This document shows positions 49,870 through 63,838 of a stretch of DNA of 64,000 nucleotides, in pieces (the first letter of the stretch is position 1; every line of letters starts with the position of its first letter). Source of the stretch: Sphyrna mokarran (taxonomy: Eukaryota); NCBI GenBank assembly GCA_024679065.1, contig JAGIQG010000011.1, forward strand, positions 57,164,001-57,228,000, written 5' to 3'. The position numbers and the translations under genes are program-made. A model generated the notes under the pieces. It did not search any database and was not told where the DNA came from. It saw nothing but the letters and a program-made list of their open reading frames with translations.

Positions 49870-50700
49870 GTTTTCATTGGTCAAACCGGCCAGCTATATT
49901 GATGGTTCCCAAATGATGATCGAGAGACAAATTTATCGAACAGGGAAGAAACAAGCCGTGCACAACCAATATTCTGTTTAAGTAACGTGCATGTGCGCTG
50001 TGCTGAAATTTTATGGAGACCATGCAGTGTAACAAACCAGCCATACACAGCAGAGAAAAAACTATAGCTGACTTGGTCATGGCCTTGAACATTAGTGGTG
50101 GTCTTGAATTTCTGAATCTATGTAAGGTCTCTGTAATTGTTAAAGCCACATCTGATGTTGTAGTAATGCAGGACACTTCAGGTAAATGGCAGGCAATTTG
50201 TATTAGAACGTTTGGTAACATGTTTTTGGACAAAGTCTGGCTTCTGTGTTCTTTCCAAATAATTGACCAGGCAGTCAAATCTTGCAATATGAAACAGTGA
50301 AGCTTTGAACCCTCAGTATCAATGGCATCACCTGCAGCAGTGATGAGAGAGCCCTATACTGTGCATGTTCCTGTATTGCTACTTGGCTCTTGTGCAGCAT
50401 GCTGCGGCAATCTCACATGCTTCATAAGATTTTGCATTTCCATAAAGTCCTTCCACAAGATTGCACTGATGTCAGTTATGCACCAGTGGACTGTAATAGA
50501 GGCTAGATCATCAACGTTGCCAACACTGCATTCTCCAGATTCAATGGAAGGAACATCAAACGAATGCTAGTGCTCTTCTTGAAGCCAGATTTAAAAAACG
50601 TTCATGTAAAACTGCAAAATCAGGTTTGATGGATGGGATACCATTTGAATGGCAAAAAGCGTTCTCTCGCCAAGTTACATTTTCTTAACTCACAAATGGC
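49870..50700 (-). mobile_element. Probable hAT transposase C-terminal remnant
   Basis: LIQIACHLPEVSCITTTS...RFRNS recalls the hAT dimerisation region; frameshifted. Confidence 0.35.
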
Positions 50701-51718
50701 AATGTTCCAGGAAGGACAAAGAAAACACTTCAAAGGCATCTAAAGCTCTCCTTGTAGCCTGGCAGCAGCAACATTAATGACTGAGAGGAGCCTGCTGCCA
50801 CTTGCTCTAAATGGTAACATCTTGTCCATCAAGCTGCATCATGCAATGAATCATAATGTCGTAATGACAAGGTAAAACAGTGGCAGACAAGGAAAGAAAA
50901 GGAAACAAATCCTGCATTCCTGATTCCATTATTTCATGGGATATCCTGCCCCATGTACCAAAGATGTGAGAGTCAAGGATTTGTCTTTTCAGTGGCATGA
51001 AGACTGATGGCAGAAATTAGCAACCCTGAGTAGACATCTTTCTCCATTTCCACTGCTACTGACAACTGCACATTCTTTGTCTGCTGCTGCTGCAGGGTGC
51101 TCATGGCATCCACACAGAATGCAGCAAAAACTCCTGTTCAACCTGAAACCTGGCCTTGTAAGGTCAGAAGTCTTTAAAGTCAATATGCAGCATGAGCTTG
51201 AAGACTTCGAAAAATTAATTGGTTGGAATTTTCTGGCTGTCCTTGCCCTAAGGTCAGAAAATTCCACCCAAGGTAAACCAACCTTTGCATGGCCCATATG
51301 CCACCTGTTACAAATCTCATTGCAAGTATGATGGGAAAGTTCTGCCCACTGTGTCCTTTACTGGTGCTAATTTCTTAACTTATGGTTTCTGAGGTATCTG
51401 GCGTATCTTTCTCAAACTCACTCTATACTTCGATAATGTTGCATCTGGTAGCCATAATAACAGAATTACAGAAGCGATGAGTGGAGAATAAATTGCTTTG
51501 TCTTTCATAAAAATGTTAGTCTGATGAAACACAATAGGAAGACAGAGATATTTAACACAAGATGTCAGGCATTTTTCTGCATTGTAGTTGCAATGTTAGT
51601 GATGTTGAGGCATGTTATGGATGTATACATCTTAATAATTGGTTCCACCTTTCTGTACCAATCTATAAACTAAGGACTAACAAATTACTGAATAGCCTTT
51701 TAAATGTTTCTTTTTCAG

Positions 51719-52141
51719 ATTCCAATAAGTCTTCCAATAGTATTTATGTAGATTTCTCAAGAGACTTATTTATAAAGTTTTCTCTATCTTATGAAGGCAT
51801 GAAGTGCAGTAGCAGGAGAATTGATGTTGGGATCCCTACTTACTGTGTTTCAAATTAACTCCTCTGATTTTGAAACTTTGCCCCTGAAAATCCAGATTGA
51901 CAGGCAATTGGCCAGTGAATTACAGGCTCAGTAGAGCAATGGGACCCAGTGATTAGTAAAATCTGCAACCCTTCCCCCGGGCCTTGTGTACAACAAGTCC
52001 TGACTGAATCCCTGCTTGAGGAATCCCCATTCATTCATTAGCTCTGCTGCCAGATGTTGTTCCAACATTTATTTTGAAAGAAACAAGTGGAGATCCTTGC
52101 ATCTGGAGCATTATAGACATTGAAAGAAGTTTATAAAGTAG
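51719..52141 (+). other. Candidate further leader exon of the plus-strand gene
   Basis: Acceptors tgtttctttttcAG (start 51719) or ttttctctatcttatgaAG (start 51797); tandem donors AAA/gtaggt (52138) and TAG/gtatgt (52142); unique sequence with only short ORFs. Confidence 0.4.
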
Positions 52142-52159
52142 GTATGTAATGTGGAAAAT

Positions 52160-53950
52160 GAACTGACACAATTTGATTCAGGTCTTTTAGGATTTTGAAT
52201 GGAGTTGATAGAATAGATAAAATCATTTTCTGAGTGCAAGGAATCAGTGGCATGGGGGCATGTTCCTAAAACAGAAACAGGTCATGCAGGTGAGATATTA
52301 GGAAGCAGTTATGAACAAATGGGGTGGAAAAATGCCTGGCTAACAGGAAGCATAAATGAGCCTTTTTTGGGTTGCAAGATATAACAACTGGTGTGCCACA
52401 AGGATCGATGCTGAAACATAACTGCCTACAATTTATATAAATGACTGGGCGACCCTTTGTGGCGGGGGGCAGGGGTGGGGGGGGGGGGGGGGGGCAGGGG
52501 TCAACTGCTTTACTGAAGTATGCAAATATGCTGGAAGTAGTTCAAAGAAGGTTTATCAAACTAATACCTGGAACGGGTGGTTGTTTTATAAGGTGAGGTT
52601 GTATAGGCTAGGCTTGCATCGGGTGAAGTTTAGAAGAATGATGGACAACTTGATTGAAACATGGAACCTGAGGGATCTTGACAGAATGGATGTGAAAAGA
52701 ATGTTTCCTCTTGTGGGAGAATCTAGAATTAGGCGTCACTGTTAGCCCATTTAAAGCAGAGATGAAGCAACATTATTTTTGAGTGTCATGAGATTTTGGA
52801 ACTTGCTCCCTAAGAGATTGTAGAAGCAGAGTCGTTGAATACATTTGAGGCACACGTGGATGGATTCTTGGTAAACAAGTGGATGATAGGTTATTGGAAT
52901 TAGGTGGAATGCAGATTTGAGATTACTATCAAATCCGCTGTGATCTTATTAAATGGTGGAACAGGCTTGAGAGGCCAAATGGCCTACTCCTCCTTGTTTA
53001 TAATTTAATGGCACCGTGAATTTGGAGGTGGGTGGGGGTATTTAATTGAACAGAAGAATAGAAGAGTGGGAACCCTGTCACCCTCCTGCCTCCATGAATG
53101 AGCCTGGATCAGAGAGGCTCATGGATGTTCCATTGGTTCTGACAGGCCAGATCCTATCACCAACCTTAGGTTCCACCCTAAAAGTTCTCTTTGACAGAAA
53201 ACAGTAGCTGATAGCTCAATTAATAATTTTAAATGCCAGATTGGTGAGTGTTTGCTAGGAAGGAATAAATTAAGTTGGAATACCAATCAGTCATTATCCA
53301 TTTGAATGGTGAAGTTGGCTTAAGTGGCTGTTCGTGTTGATTTTCCAGAAATTTCAGACAATGCAGAGTCCAAATGCATGTTGTTTTGGGTGGGCCCCAA
53401 ACAGGGATCCCAACATCATCATTATAACGTTGAATTTTGCAGGACAATGGAGTAATTTCGTGCCCAAAGTTGGTAAGCCAAATTTGCAGTTGACGCCAAA
53501 TTAGGAAACGCAGTTGATTCAGGGAAATAGCTTATAAACTTCTAAGTGGGTTTGTACTTACTTAAATGGTTAGAACAAAGGCGTATGAAATTTAAAATTG
53601 ACAAATTCACAGGAAGTAAAACGGACAAATAAATAGCTGTCGCAATAAGCATGAAATTATGAGAGATCTCAGGTTCTCAGCAAATGCAATATTTAAACAG
53701 CAACTACTGTGGAGAAGCAATCAGTAAACAAGAATCTTGTGTTTTAGCAGAGTACAAATTATTATCTAATATTCTGGTCAGTCCCTAACATGACCATTTA
53801 GTTTAAAAAAACATTTAAACCTGGAGGTTGTTTGATTCGCAAGTCTGATTTCTAGGATCAGAGGCCAAAATTATGAGGAGAGATTGGAAAATGTTGACTG
53901 ATTCACTGCAGATTTGTAAGATAATAAATGTACAGAAAGAGAGATTGAGA
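52160..53950 (+). mobile_element. Patchwork of CR1-type LINE fragments
   Basis: aactggtgtgccacaaggatcg (GVPQGS); gttcaaagaaggtttatcaaactaatacctgga; tail gaggccaaatggcctactcct; aaatttgcagttgacgccaaatt. Confidence 0.75.
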
Positions 53951-54006
53951 AACTTACTTTGAATTAAGACACAAGACAAAGAGACAGCAAGCAGTGAATG
54001 GCATCC

Positions 54007-55038
54007 TGTGCCAGGGCCAGGTAGTTAAAATTATTGTCCCACCAGTGTCAGAAGGTAATAAAGGAAGTAATAAACACCACTTTGCTTTCTTTGTAAGGCG
54101 GGAGAAGAAGATATGTTCTTCCAGTTTCCAAAATGAAACTTTAAGACTCGCCTGCCTGGATCTCTCCCCATCAAACACGAAGCCTGTTATAATTCAGTTC
54201 AGAAACGCCAAAGTGTTTTATGAAGTCTGCCTAGATCACAAGTTTTGCAATTTAAATTTGACTAGGATAAGGATAACAATTAAATGTTTCATTTCAAATA
54301 TGATTCAACTGATCCACTAGGGAGCTTTTAGCAAACAAATTTTATTTAAGAATCCATTTTGACATGTGTGAAAAGAAAATTGGCAATAATCTTTACCAAT
54401 TACAAACAAAAAAAAATGCAACCATGATATTGTATAAACCGTAACAGCTAAATACCATTCCAAACAAAACACTTGCCACAGGTTTAACACAAAACACAAA
54501 TGCTCACATAATGCTGAAACTTAGTCCTTTGGCTGGATGCTGCAGCTCTCTTGATATATGCACAGATAAACCGGGAGTCAGAACAGCTTCCCAAAATGCT
54601 AGGGAGAGAGAGAGGCTCTATGTACTAACTCGCAAACCACTAGCAGAATTTTCAGTCCAGGAAGGCCTGCTTTCAGCTAGCCAGCAAAAGTTTCAATCCC
54701 AGAGAGAGAGAGAGAGAACGTGCCTTCCACTTGAAACCAGGACAGTATCTAACACTAAAACCAAAACTGCAAATGACTCCTTGGATTCTTCTGGGAAGGA
54801 ACCACCTGACTTTGACTTGTCAATCAATCCTCCCCTCAGAATGCGAGGTCATAAAAGATCCCAGAAAGTACCTGAGGCTCAGAGTAAAAATAAACAAAAC
54901 CCCATTTAAACCACTGAAGCATCAATAAAAGGATTTTTAACCAGACAGTCCAACAATAATGAAAAAAAAACAAAGCTGATTAACTGCAGAGAACATGATT
55001 TAAAAAAAAACATTTCTTAAAGGTACACCAGAATCACA
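54007..55038 (-). mobile_element. Solo LTR (~1 kb)
   Basis: Minus strand begins TGtgattctggtgtacctttaagaaatg and ends ...ggcaCA; internal (CT)n tracts; no clear TSD. Confidence 0.6.
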
Positions 55039-56639
55039 GGCCCTTCTGAAAACCTCTTCCAGTGAAGGTTCAACTTTTGTTGCTGTTCCAATGCAATCCT
55101 GCTTGCCAGACAGCCATATCTTTTTCCTGTCATTTTCAAAGCAAATTAATGTACTTAACTGTATGTACTGCAGTTATAATTCAGATTAATGTTCATAAGA
55201 TAGCTAACAACATGAAAAATGAAGAACACTGGAAGCTACAGTTTGAAGCATCAATAGGAAAAGGGGATAATAAAATCATGTTCAGGGCAGAAGCACTTTT
55301 ATGGATTCAGTTGTACTTTAGATATTCCCTTGTGCATCCAGTCTTCTCTCCCAGAAGCAGATTGAAACCCTTATTTGCAAGTTGTATGCAAAGTAGAGAA
55401 CCTGATAATGAGCGAAAATTTGGCCACACTGGGACCACGGGATACCTGTTAAATTTGTAGCGGAATCAAATTTTGTTTTTTTCTGTTTCCAGCCTGGTGG
55501 CTCACCAGGCATTGTTGAAATCAAACCTCAGGAATAATGGAGGTAGTGGAAGTAGGGGGCTGGGAGGTGTTGGAGGTTGGATTTGGCATGGGATTGAATA
55601 GGACAGAAAGACAATCAGGTATAAGGATGGTTTCATATCAAGATTTGGGCTGGGGTTGGTGGAGAGAAGCAGCTGTGAGGAAAGAACACAGGAAATCAGA
55701 TCTCCAGGGAGATGGAAAATGGAAATTGGGATGGTGGATTAACTACAGAAAGGCTGGAGATTGTGGATTAGAAATGAGGAGAGTAGCAGTTGGTAAGACA
55801 CAAGAATGAGGGGGAAAGGATTCAAAGGTTAATAATGGATAAAGAGAAGTAATTGGATGCATTGAAAGTCAGAATTTGGGTCTTTGGATGGGAGAAGACA
55901 GAGGAAAGCAGATCAGGAGAAGTTTGGAGATTGGAGTGTGGCCAGTGAGGGTTGGGAAGCTATGATCAGTAGAGGTTGCATTGTGAGGGTCTCAATTTAT
56001 ATGTGTTAATCAAATGTCCTGTCACACACTGGCAGGACACTCGCACTTTTTGAAGCATGCCATTGTAAAAACGGCAACTGGTGCCTATATGTTACTGTTG
56101 CACCACCCCGTTTAAAAATGTTTTCAACCATCTCCTACCTAAAAACAAAAATAAAAATGTAAGAAATAGGATCAGAGTAGGGTGTTTGACCCTTTAAGCC
56201 TTCTTCACCATTCAGCAAGATCATGCTGCTCTGAGTGTGGCTCACTCACTTTCCTGCCTGATCCTTATAATCCTTGGCTCCCTTGAGTCCTCATTGCAAC
56301 TTGCTTTCCTACTTCTTTTTGTATTGGCAACAAATTAGGCTACAGTCCACTCAGTCCCTTCATTCAAGTCATTAATATAGATTGTAAATAGTTGAGATCC
56401 AAGAACTGAGTTTTCTAGCAGCCCAATAGTTACAGTTTAACAACGTGAAATAAATGATTCACTTTGAATGTTTGCTGTTATAAACTCTATCAATTCTTCT
56501 AAGATATTACCTCCATAACTGTGAGTTCTTACCTTTTATAGTAATCTTTTTTTGTGGCCCTTTCAAATGTTTTTTGAAAATCAAAACACGTTCCATCTGC
56601 TGAATTCCCTCAATCCATCCTGCTTATTACATTCTCAGA

Positions 56640-56931
56640 GTGTGGGACGATGTTTGATTCCAGCCTTGGGTGACTGTGTGAACTTCACACAATCTCACTG
56701 TGCTGGGTTTTCTCTGGATGCTCCAGTTTCCTCCTACAGTCCAAAAATGTACAGGTTATTGGATTGGCCATGCTAAATTGTTCCATAGTATCCCGAGTTG
56801 TGTATCTTGGAGGGGATTAGCAAGCTATATACTTGGGGTCAGGCTTGGTTAAGATGCTCTTTTGGCGAGTCAGTGCAGACTCGATGGGCCAAATGGTCAC
56901 TTCCTGCCCTATAGGGACTCTATGATTCTAA
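56640..56931 (+). mobile_element. HE1-type V-SINE
   Basis: tttgattccagccttgggtgactgtgtg...gactcgatgggccaaatgg...ctctatgattcta. Confidence 0.88.
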
Positions 56932-57758
56932 GAACTCTAATAAATTTGCCAAACACAATTTCCCTTTCATAAAACCATGTTGCTTTTGCTGAATTCATTA
57001 GAATTTTTTAAATGACCTTTTCTAATTTCTTAACATTAACAGCATGTTCTCAATGGTAGATATTCGGCTCATTGGCATGTAGTTTGCTGCTTTCTGTCCT
57101 GCTGTGCTGAATAGAGATGTTACAGTGTACTTTCTGAATTGGGTAGGATTTTCCTGGAATCTAAGGGATTTTGGAATATTACAGCTAATGTGTCCACTAT
57201 CACTGCAACTACTTCTTTTGCAACCCTGGGAGTGTAGTTTCCAGGGTACTTGCCAATCTCTAGTCCCATTAGTTTTCTCGGAGCTTTTTCTCTCGTAATT
57301 CTCTAATATTCTTGGGATGCTTTTTGTATTTTCTCCTGAGAAAACAGATTAAAAAAAATTTGTTCAAAGCCTTTGACATTTCTGTGGTTTCCATTATTAA
57401 TTCCCCAGGTTCCTCCTCAAAAAGGCTAACATTTACTTTAAGTACTCCCTTTAGTTTTACATATTTGGAGATCTTACAAATAGTTTCTATATTTATCCTG
57501 TTAGATTGCTTTCATAATCTAATTTCACCCTCATTTTTTGAGTCATCCTTTGCTGCTCTCTAAAATATTCGTAAACTTCTGGCTTATTATTAATCTTTGC
57601 AATATTGTACCCCTTTCTTTCAATTTGATATTATCCTAAACTTGCTTCATTAGCCACCAATAGTGCATCCTTCTTACAGAGTCTTTTTTTGTTCTCAAAA
57701 ATCTTTATTGAGTTTATGCATTATCTCCTTAAATATCTGCTGTTATTTGTCTACAGTC

Positions 57759-58039
57759 TGGGGCAGCACAGTGATTAGCACTGCTGTCTAACTGCGCTAG
57801 GGACTCAGGTTCAATTCTGGCCTTGGTTTAAATGTCTGTATGGGTTTCCTATAGGTACTCTGGTTTCTTCCCATGGTCCAAAGATGTGTGAGTTTGATTT
57901 GCCATGCTAAATTAATCCTAGCATCAGAGGCTTAGCTGGGTAAAAAGAGGGTTAAGGGAATTGAGCTTGGGTGGTATTGTGATTGGTACAGTGTTGATGG
58001 GCTTAATGGCTGCCTCCTATACTGGAGGGATTCTATGAT
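57759..58039 (+). mobile_element. HE1-type V-SINE
   Basis: ggggcagcacagtgattagcactgctg head; gggattctatga tail. Confidence 0.9.
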
Positions 58040-59070
58040 CTTATCTTTCAACCTATTTTCCAAGACAGCCTGAGCAATTCTGTCTTCAAACCTTTGCAAT
58101 TGCTTTTATTAAGGTTAAGAAATTAGTTTCAGATCCAGCTTTCTCACCAGAATCACGGAATTGTTATGGTACCGAAGGAGATAATTTGGCCCATCATGTC
58201 TTGCACTAGCTGTCCAAATGAGCATTATTACTTACTACTATTTCCCTGCCTTTCCTTCAAATTCCTATACATTGTTTCTGTTCAAATAAACATCTAATGC
58301 CTTCTCGAATGCTTCGACTGAACATGCCTTCACCAGACTTCCAGGAAGTTGACAACCGTGTTAATCCAGCAACCAATATAGTGACCTTTCACTGTACCGT
58401 CACCAATGCAAGTAAATCCTTTTCTAAATATGGAGACCAAATTGCCCACAGTATACCAGGTGTGGTCTCATCAGAACCCTGGACAACTGGAGAAGTGTTT
58501 TTTTTATTCCTGTAGTCCTTGTATTAAATATTAACACCGTATTTGACTTTTTGTTTTTGATGTACCTGTATGCTAACTTGTGTTCCTTGTACAGGTACAC
58601 TCAAATCCCTCTGAACATGCTGTTTTTTTATTTTCACATCTTTTAAAAATTTGCTTTTCTGCTATTACCAAAGTGAATAACCTCACACTTGTCTACATTA
58701 TATCTGGCAGTTTGTTACCCATTGACTTAACCTGCCTATATCTCTTTGCAACCTCTTTATGTCCCACTTACATCTTATTTTCCCACCTAGATTTGCATCA
58801 TCAGCACATTTAGATACTGTGTTCTTCATTTCTTTGTCTGAATTGTTAGTTTAGATTGTAAATAGCCAAGGTACCGTTGGTCCTTATAGCATTCCACAGC
58901 TTGCAAATTTTTGTGGAGTGGGGTGGGGTGGGGGAAACATTCATTGGGTCCACTTGCTCCCAGCAAGTATCACAGTAGCCTGGAGAATTTGGAAATTCAG
59001 TGATAAAGCAAGTTTTGCGTTGAGTGCCAAACCCATCACAACCCTCCCAGGCGGGACTACGATGCATATT

Positions 59071-59385
59071 TGGGTGACACAGTGGTTAGTATCACTGTCT
59101 CATTGCACCAGGGACCTGTGTTCAATTCCTGGCTTGGGTCATTGTCTATGCGGAGTTTTCATGTTCCCCCTGTGGCTGTATGGGTTTTCTCCGGGGCCTC
59201 TGGTTTCCTCCCACAGCCCAGAGATGTGTGGATTAGGTGAATTGGCCATGTTAAATGGCCCCTTACTGTCAGGGGAACTAGCTAGGGTAAAATGCATGGG
59301 TCTGTGAGGATAGGGCCTGGGTGGGATTGTGATTGGTGCATACTCAAAGGGCAGAATGGCCTTCTGCACTGTAAGCCCTATGATA
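59071..59385 (+). mobile_element. HE1-type V-SINE, full length
   Basis: ggtgacacagtggttagtatcactg...gttcaattcctggcttgggtc...tagggcctgggtgggattgtg...ccttctgcactgtaag. Confidence 0.92.
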
Positions 59386-61369
59386 TTCGAATCCACAAAT
59401 TTAAATACAATTAGCTTACTTGCAGCCTGAATCAAATAGCTTTTGCTCCTCACCTGACCTCCCTCCCACTCCCCCCCCTCTCCCCCCACAAAGTGGAATC
59501 TGCACCAGTTGAGCTTTCGTACAGACCCGCATAAGCAAGGGCCATGTATTTTGGACCCTGAGGGTCGAGAAAGCATCGCCAACTGCTCAGTAATGGGAGA
59601 CATCCTCTCCCTTTACTCCTCAGAACCTCCTCTCAGCCACGCCTCTTGGCAATGCCAACAATGCACTGATACCCTGGCCTGGCGCTTTGATCCCATGGGG
59701 CTTGAGAAGATAGGTTTGGTGGCCATTTGTCCTGCTGCTGCTGCCAGGCTGTAAAGGGTGAGCTCGGACTGTGGCAAGGTGCTAATTTCAACACTCTATG
59801 CTATCATGATTGGGCTGCCCCTTCAAGCCCCACCTGAAGATCATCCCCGCCATGGTGATATCAGGCAGCCCTGTGATCAATATCTGCAGTCCTGCCTGTC
59901 AACGGTGCAAATCCTGAAATGGCCATGTCACTCTAACCTCCATGCCCCCTGGTCACCTGACAAGATTTAAATCATTGCAGCACTCCAATCTACAGCAGAG
60001 ATTTTTTCTTCTTGTCTGAAGCTGCAGGTGGGATCAGACCCCTTTTGAAGTTCTCTGACAACGTCCCCTACCACTCCCACTTCAAATTACTGGTGAAACA
60101 ATAGACTGTCAATCAGGATTAGACTTTGTCAACATTGCAGTCAAGACCAACGGGATACTTGAGGTGCATTCAACTGTGAAGGGAGATAAACACAGGTGGC
60201 TGGAAGATGATGGGATTCTATTGAATTGACAACTGAATCTTTTATAGTGCATTACACATTGAACCCGTTACTGATCAAAGGCTTCTAGTGCAATGGAGAG
60301 GGTTTCAACAATTGAACAATTTCAACTTGCTGGAAAGCCGTAGCAATTTTAAATCAAAGCTGTGTGGATATAATGAGGCTGAATGCACAGCTGGGCAGAC
60401 TGGAACATTCCCCCCTCCACCTTCTACTCCCACAGGGACAAATTGACCTCCACTCTGTCAAGTGTCAGTCAAGATCCAGGACATCCAAAGTGGCATTCAA
60501 TGCATTATGCACAGTTCTGCTGTGAAATATGCTAGACACCATTTTAGTGAAGTCATTAGTGTGCACCGCTAATACCTGCTGAAAGTAATCCGATTAAACA
60601 GGTTCTGACTCCAATCAACATAAAGCACTGACTTAACATTAGTAGTACCATTTTGGAACTCTCTGCTCCAGTTAACCAGCAGGAGGCCCCTCAACTAATG
60701 CTATTGAAAGGAATTGTTAACTGCTTACATATTAATTACCCATTGATTTCTTCTGCTTATTGCTACATTTTTCTAAATATTTAGTGCTTTCCATAGTTAT
60801 TTCAAATTTCTAAAAGTCTATTGGGAGTGATGTGGCAGGTGCTTAAGGACATTATCCTGACTTCAAAGCTTCACAAACCACAAGCTCCCAGACATGGATG
60901 CACTAATTGGCATTTCCTTGAAATGCAGTATGAATGGGAGAATGAGTGCAGACCACGTTAGAGCAGGACAAGTTGTTTCAAAGCAAAGAGGAGCAGAAAG
61001 AGGAAGGGTGAATCCTAGAAAATGTCATTTTGCCTTGGCTGTTTGTGAAGAACTAATTCAAGTTTGCTACCAGCATGTCTGAACCAAATCCCTATTTACT
61101 AACTTCCCACTCCTTACCTTCCCTTTATCACTGTTATACATCTTACTTTGCCAAAGTCACCACAAAACAAGCATTCCAAATTAAATTATTTCATATTGCA
61201 TGCAAAGGTCAGCTCAACAACATTCTTACTTTTATACCATGTGACTCTTCCTATCCTGGTTCTCCTATGAAGTATTACCCCAAACACTGCAGCATGGCTG
61301 GTGCAAGACTGCTGACTTTCAGTAAGAGTAACTGCAGGATGTTTTTGGAGAATGAGCTTGAACAAACTT

Positions 61370-63838
61370 TTGCCTAGAAGGTTCAGCTATTGATGGCACA
61401 ACCCCATATTGAACAGCATTTAGAGGAGCACTGAGGGTGGGAATGGTGCAAAATATACTCTGGGTGGGGTGCTCAATACCCACCACAAAAGTAGCTCGAC
61501 AGCAGCACTACTGATTGAGCTGGTCAACGGCTAGACTGGGTCTGCAGCAAGTGATGAAAAAACCAACAAGAAGAAATAACATACTTAACAACCTGTTAGC
61601 TGCGGATGCATCTGTCCATGACAGTATTGGTAAGAGTGACCGCTGCACAGCCCTTGTGGCGATGAAGTCTGCCTTCACATTGAGAATAACCTACACTGTG
61701 TTGTGTGGCACTTTCACTGTGCTAAATGGAATATACTTTGAACTGATCTAGCAACTCATGACTGGGCATCTATGAGGCTCTGTGAGCAGCAGCAGAATTG
61801 TACTCCAGCACAATCTGCAACCTCATGGCCTGGCATATTCCCCCACTCAACCACTGCCGTCAAACCAAGTTCAATGGAGAATGCAGGAGGGCATGCCAAA
61901 GCAGCATCAGACATACCTAAAAATGAGTGTCAACCTGGTGAAGCTACCAAACAGGCCTGCTTGCAAGCCAATTCGCAAAGACAGCAAGTGATAGACAGAG
62001 CTAAGCGATCCCATAACCGATGGATCAAATCTAAGTTCTGTAGCCTTTCCACATCAAGTCGAGAATGATGGTGGACAATTAAACAACTCACTGGAGAAGG
62101 AGGCTCCACAAATATCTCCATCCTCAATGATGGAGGAGCCTTGCACATCAGTGCAAAAGACAGGCTGAAGTATTCTCTGCAATCTTCAGTCAGAAATGTC
62201 AAGTGGATGAATCATCTGAGCTTCCTCCAGTGGTCCCAGCATCTCAAATGCCAATCTCCAGCCAATTTGATTCACTCCATGTGATATCAAGAAGTGATTG
62301 GAGACACTGGATACTGCAAAGGCAATGGGCCCTGATAACATTCCAGCAATAGTACTGAAGTTTTATGCCCCAGAACTTGCCGCTCCCTAGCCAAGCTCTT
62401 CCAATACAGTTACAACACTGGCATCTATCCAACAATGTGGAAAATTGCCCAGGTATGTCCTGTACTCAAAAAGCAGGACAAATCCAACCCAGCCAATTAC
62501 TGCCTGGTCTACTCTCGATCATCAGTAAAGTGATGGAAGGGGTCATCAACAGTGTTATCAAGCAGTACCTGTTCAGCAATAATCTGCTCAAAGATACCCA
62601 GTTTGTGTTTCACCAGGGTCACTCAGCTCCTGACCTCATTACAGCCTTGGTTCAAACATGGATAAAAGAGCTGAATTCCAGACGTGAGAGTGACAGCCTT
62701 GACATCAAGGCTGCATTCAATCGAGTGTGGCATCAAGGAGCCCAGGCAAAACTGGAATTAATGGATATCTGGGGACAAACTCTTGGAATCATATCTGGTA
62801 CGTGGGAAGATGGTTATGGTTGTGGAGGGTTAGTCAGTTCCACAGCATCTCTGCAGGAGTCCTCAGGATAGTGTCCTAGACCCAGTAATCTTCAGCTATT
62901 TCATCAGTGACCTTCCCTGTATGATAAGGTCAGAAGTGGGGATGTTCGCTGATGATTGCGCAATGTTCAGTGCTATTCGTGATGCCTCGAATGCTGAAGC
63001 GGTTCATGTTCAAATGCAACAAGATCTGTACATTATTTAGGCTTGGCTGACAAGTGGCAAATAACATTCATGCTACACAAATGCCAGGCAATGATCATCA
63101 CCAATGAAACACTCTAACTACCGCCCAATAACATTCAATGATGTAACCATCACTGAATCCCCCACTGTCAACATCCTTGGGACTACCATTGGCCAGAAAC
63201 TCAACTTGACTCACCACATAAACACAGTGGCTACGAGAGGGGGTCAGAGGCTAGGAATATGTGGCGATTAGCTCACCTCTTGACTCCCCAGAGCCCATCT
63301 ACCATCTATAAGGCACAAGTCAGGAGTGTGATGGAGTGCTCTCCACTTGCCTGGATGGGTGCTGCTCCAGCAATACATGAGAAGCTTCACACCATCCAGG
63401 TCAAAGCAGCCTGCTTGATTAGCACCACATCTACAAACATTCAATCCTTCCATGATCAACGCTCAGTAGTAGCAGTGTACTATCCAAAAGATGCACTGCA
63501 TCAGTTCACCAAAGGTCCTTAGACAGTACCTTCCAAACCCATGACTGCTTCCATCTAGAAGGATATGGGGAACAGATAAATGGGAACACCACCACCTGCA
63601 AGTTCCCCTTCAAGCCACTCACCATCCTGACTTGGAAATATATCGCTGTTCCTTCACAGTCGCTAGATCAAAATTCTGAAATTTCTTCCTTAATGGCATT
63701 GTGGGTCAACCTGTAGAACATGGGCTGCAGCAATTCAAGACAGCAGCTAACACCGCCACCACCTCAATGGCAACAAGGGATGGGCAATAAACGGTGGCCA
63801 GCCAGCGACACTCATGTTCCATGAATGAATAAAAACAA
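61370..63838 (+). mobile_element. CR1/L2-group LINE, ~2.5 kb 5'-truncated ORF2 (endonuclease end plus RT) with 3' UTR; pseudogenised
   Basis: LQQVMKKPTR; GIYPTMWKIAQVCPVLKKQDKSNPANY; LLSIISKVMEGVIN; LDIKAAFNRVWHQG; MFADD at ~62942; YKAQVRSVME; tail ccatgaatgaataaaaa; several stops and frameshifts. Confidence 0.92.

Larger units (their letters stand above)
56155..58870 (-). mobile_element. CR1-type LINE fragments (at least two), interrupted by HE1 SINEs
   Basis: Tails aagaaataggatcagagtaggg (56160) and agaatcacggaattgttatgg (58150); internal tccctttcataaaaccatg and tttgcatcatcagcacatttag. Confidence 0.75.

Noticed and set aside
25750-52141. Assigning a gene name to the plus-strand transcript
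   Set aside because: No main coding exon lies in the window and many vertebrate genes share this leader architecture; naming needs a database search
52461-52500. Long poly-G run
   Set aside because: Simple homopolymer inside CR1 debris, possibly inflated by sequencing
57759-57830. tRNA-like A/B boxes here and in other SINE heads
   Set aside because: tRNA-derived SINE promoters; no complete cloverleaf
59430-60700. Possible additional Harbinger remnant
   Set aside because: Only faint motif resemblance; too degraded to call
62365-62871. 168-aa ORF as a host gene
   Set aside because: Frameshifted piece of LINE reverse transcriptase
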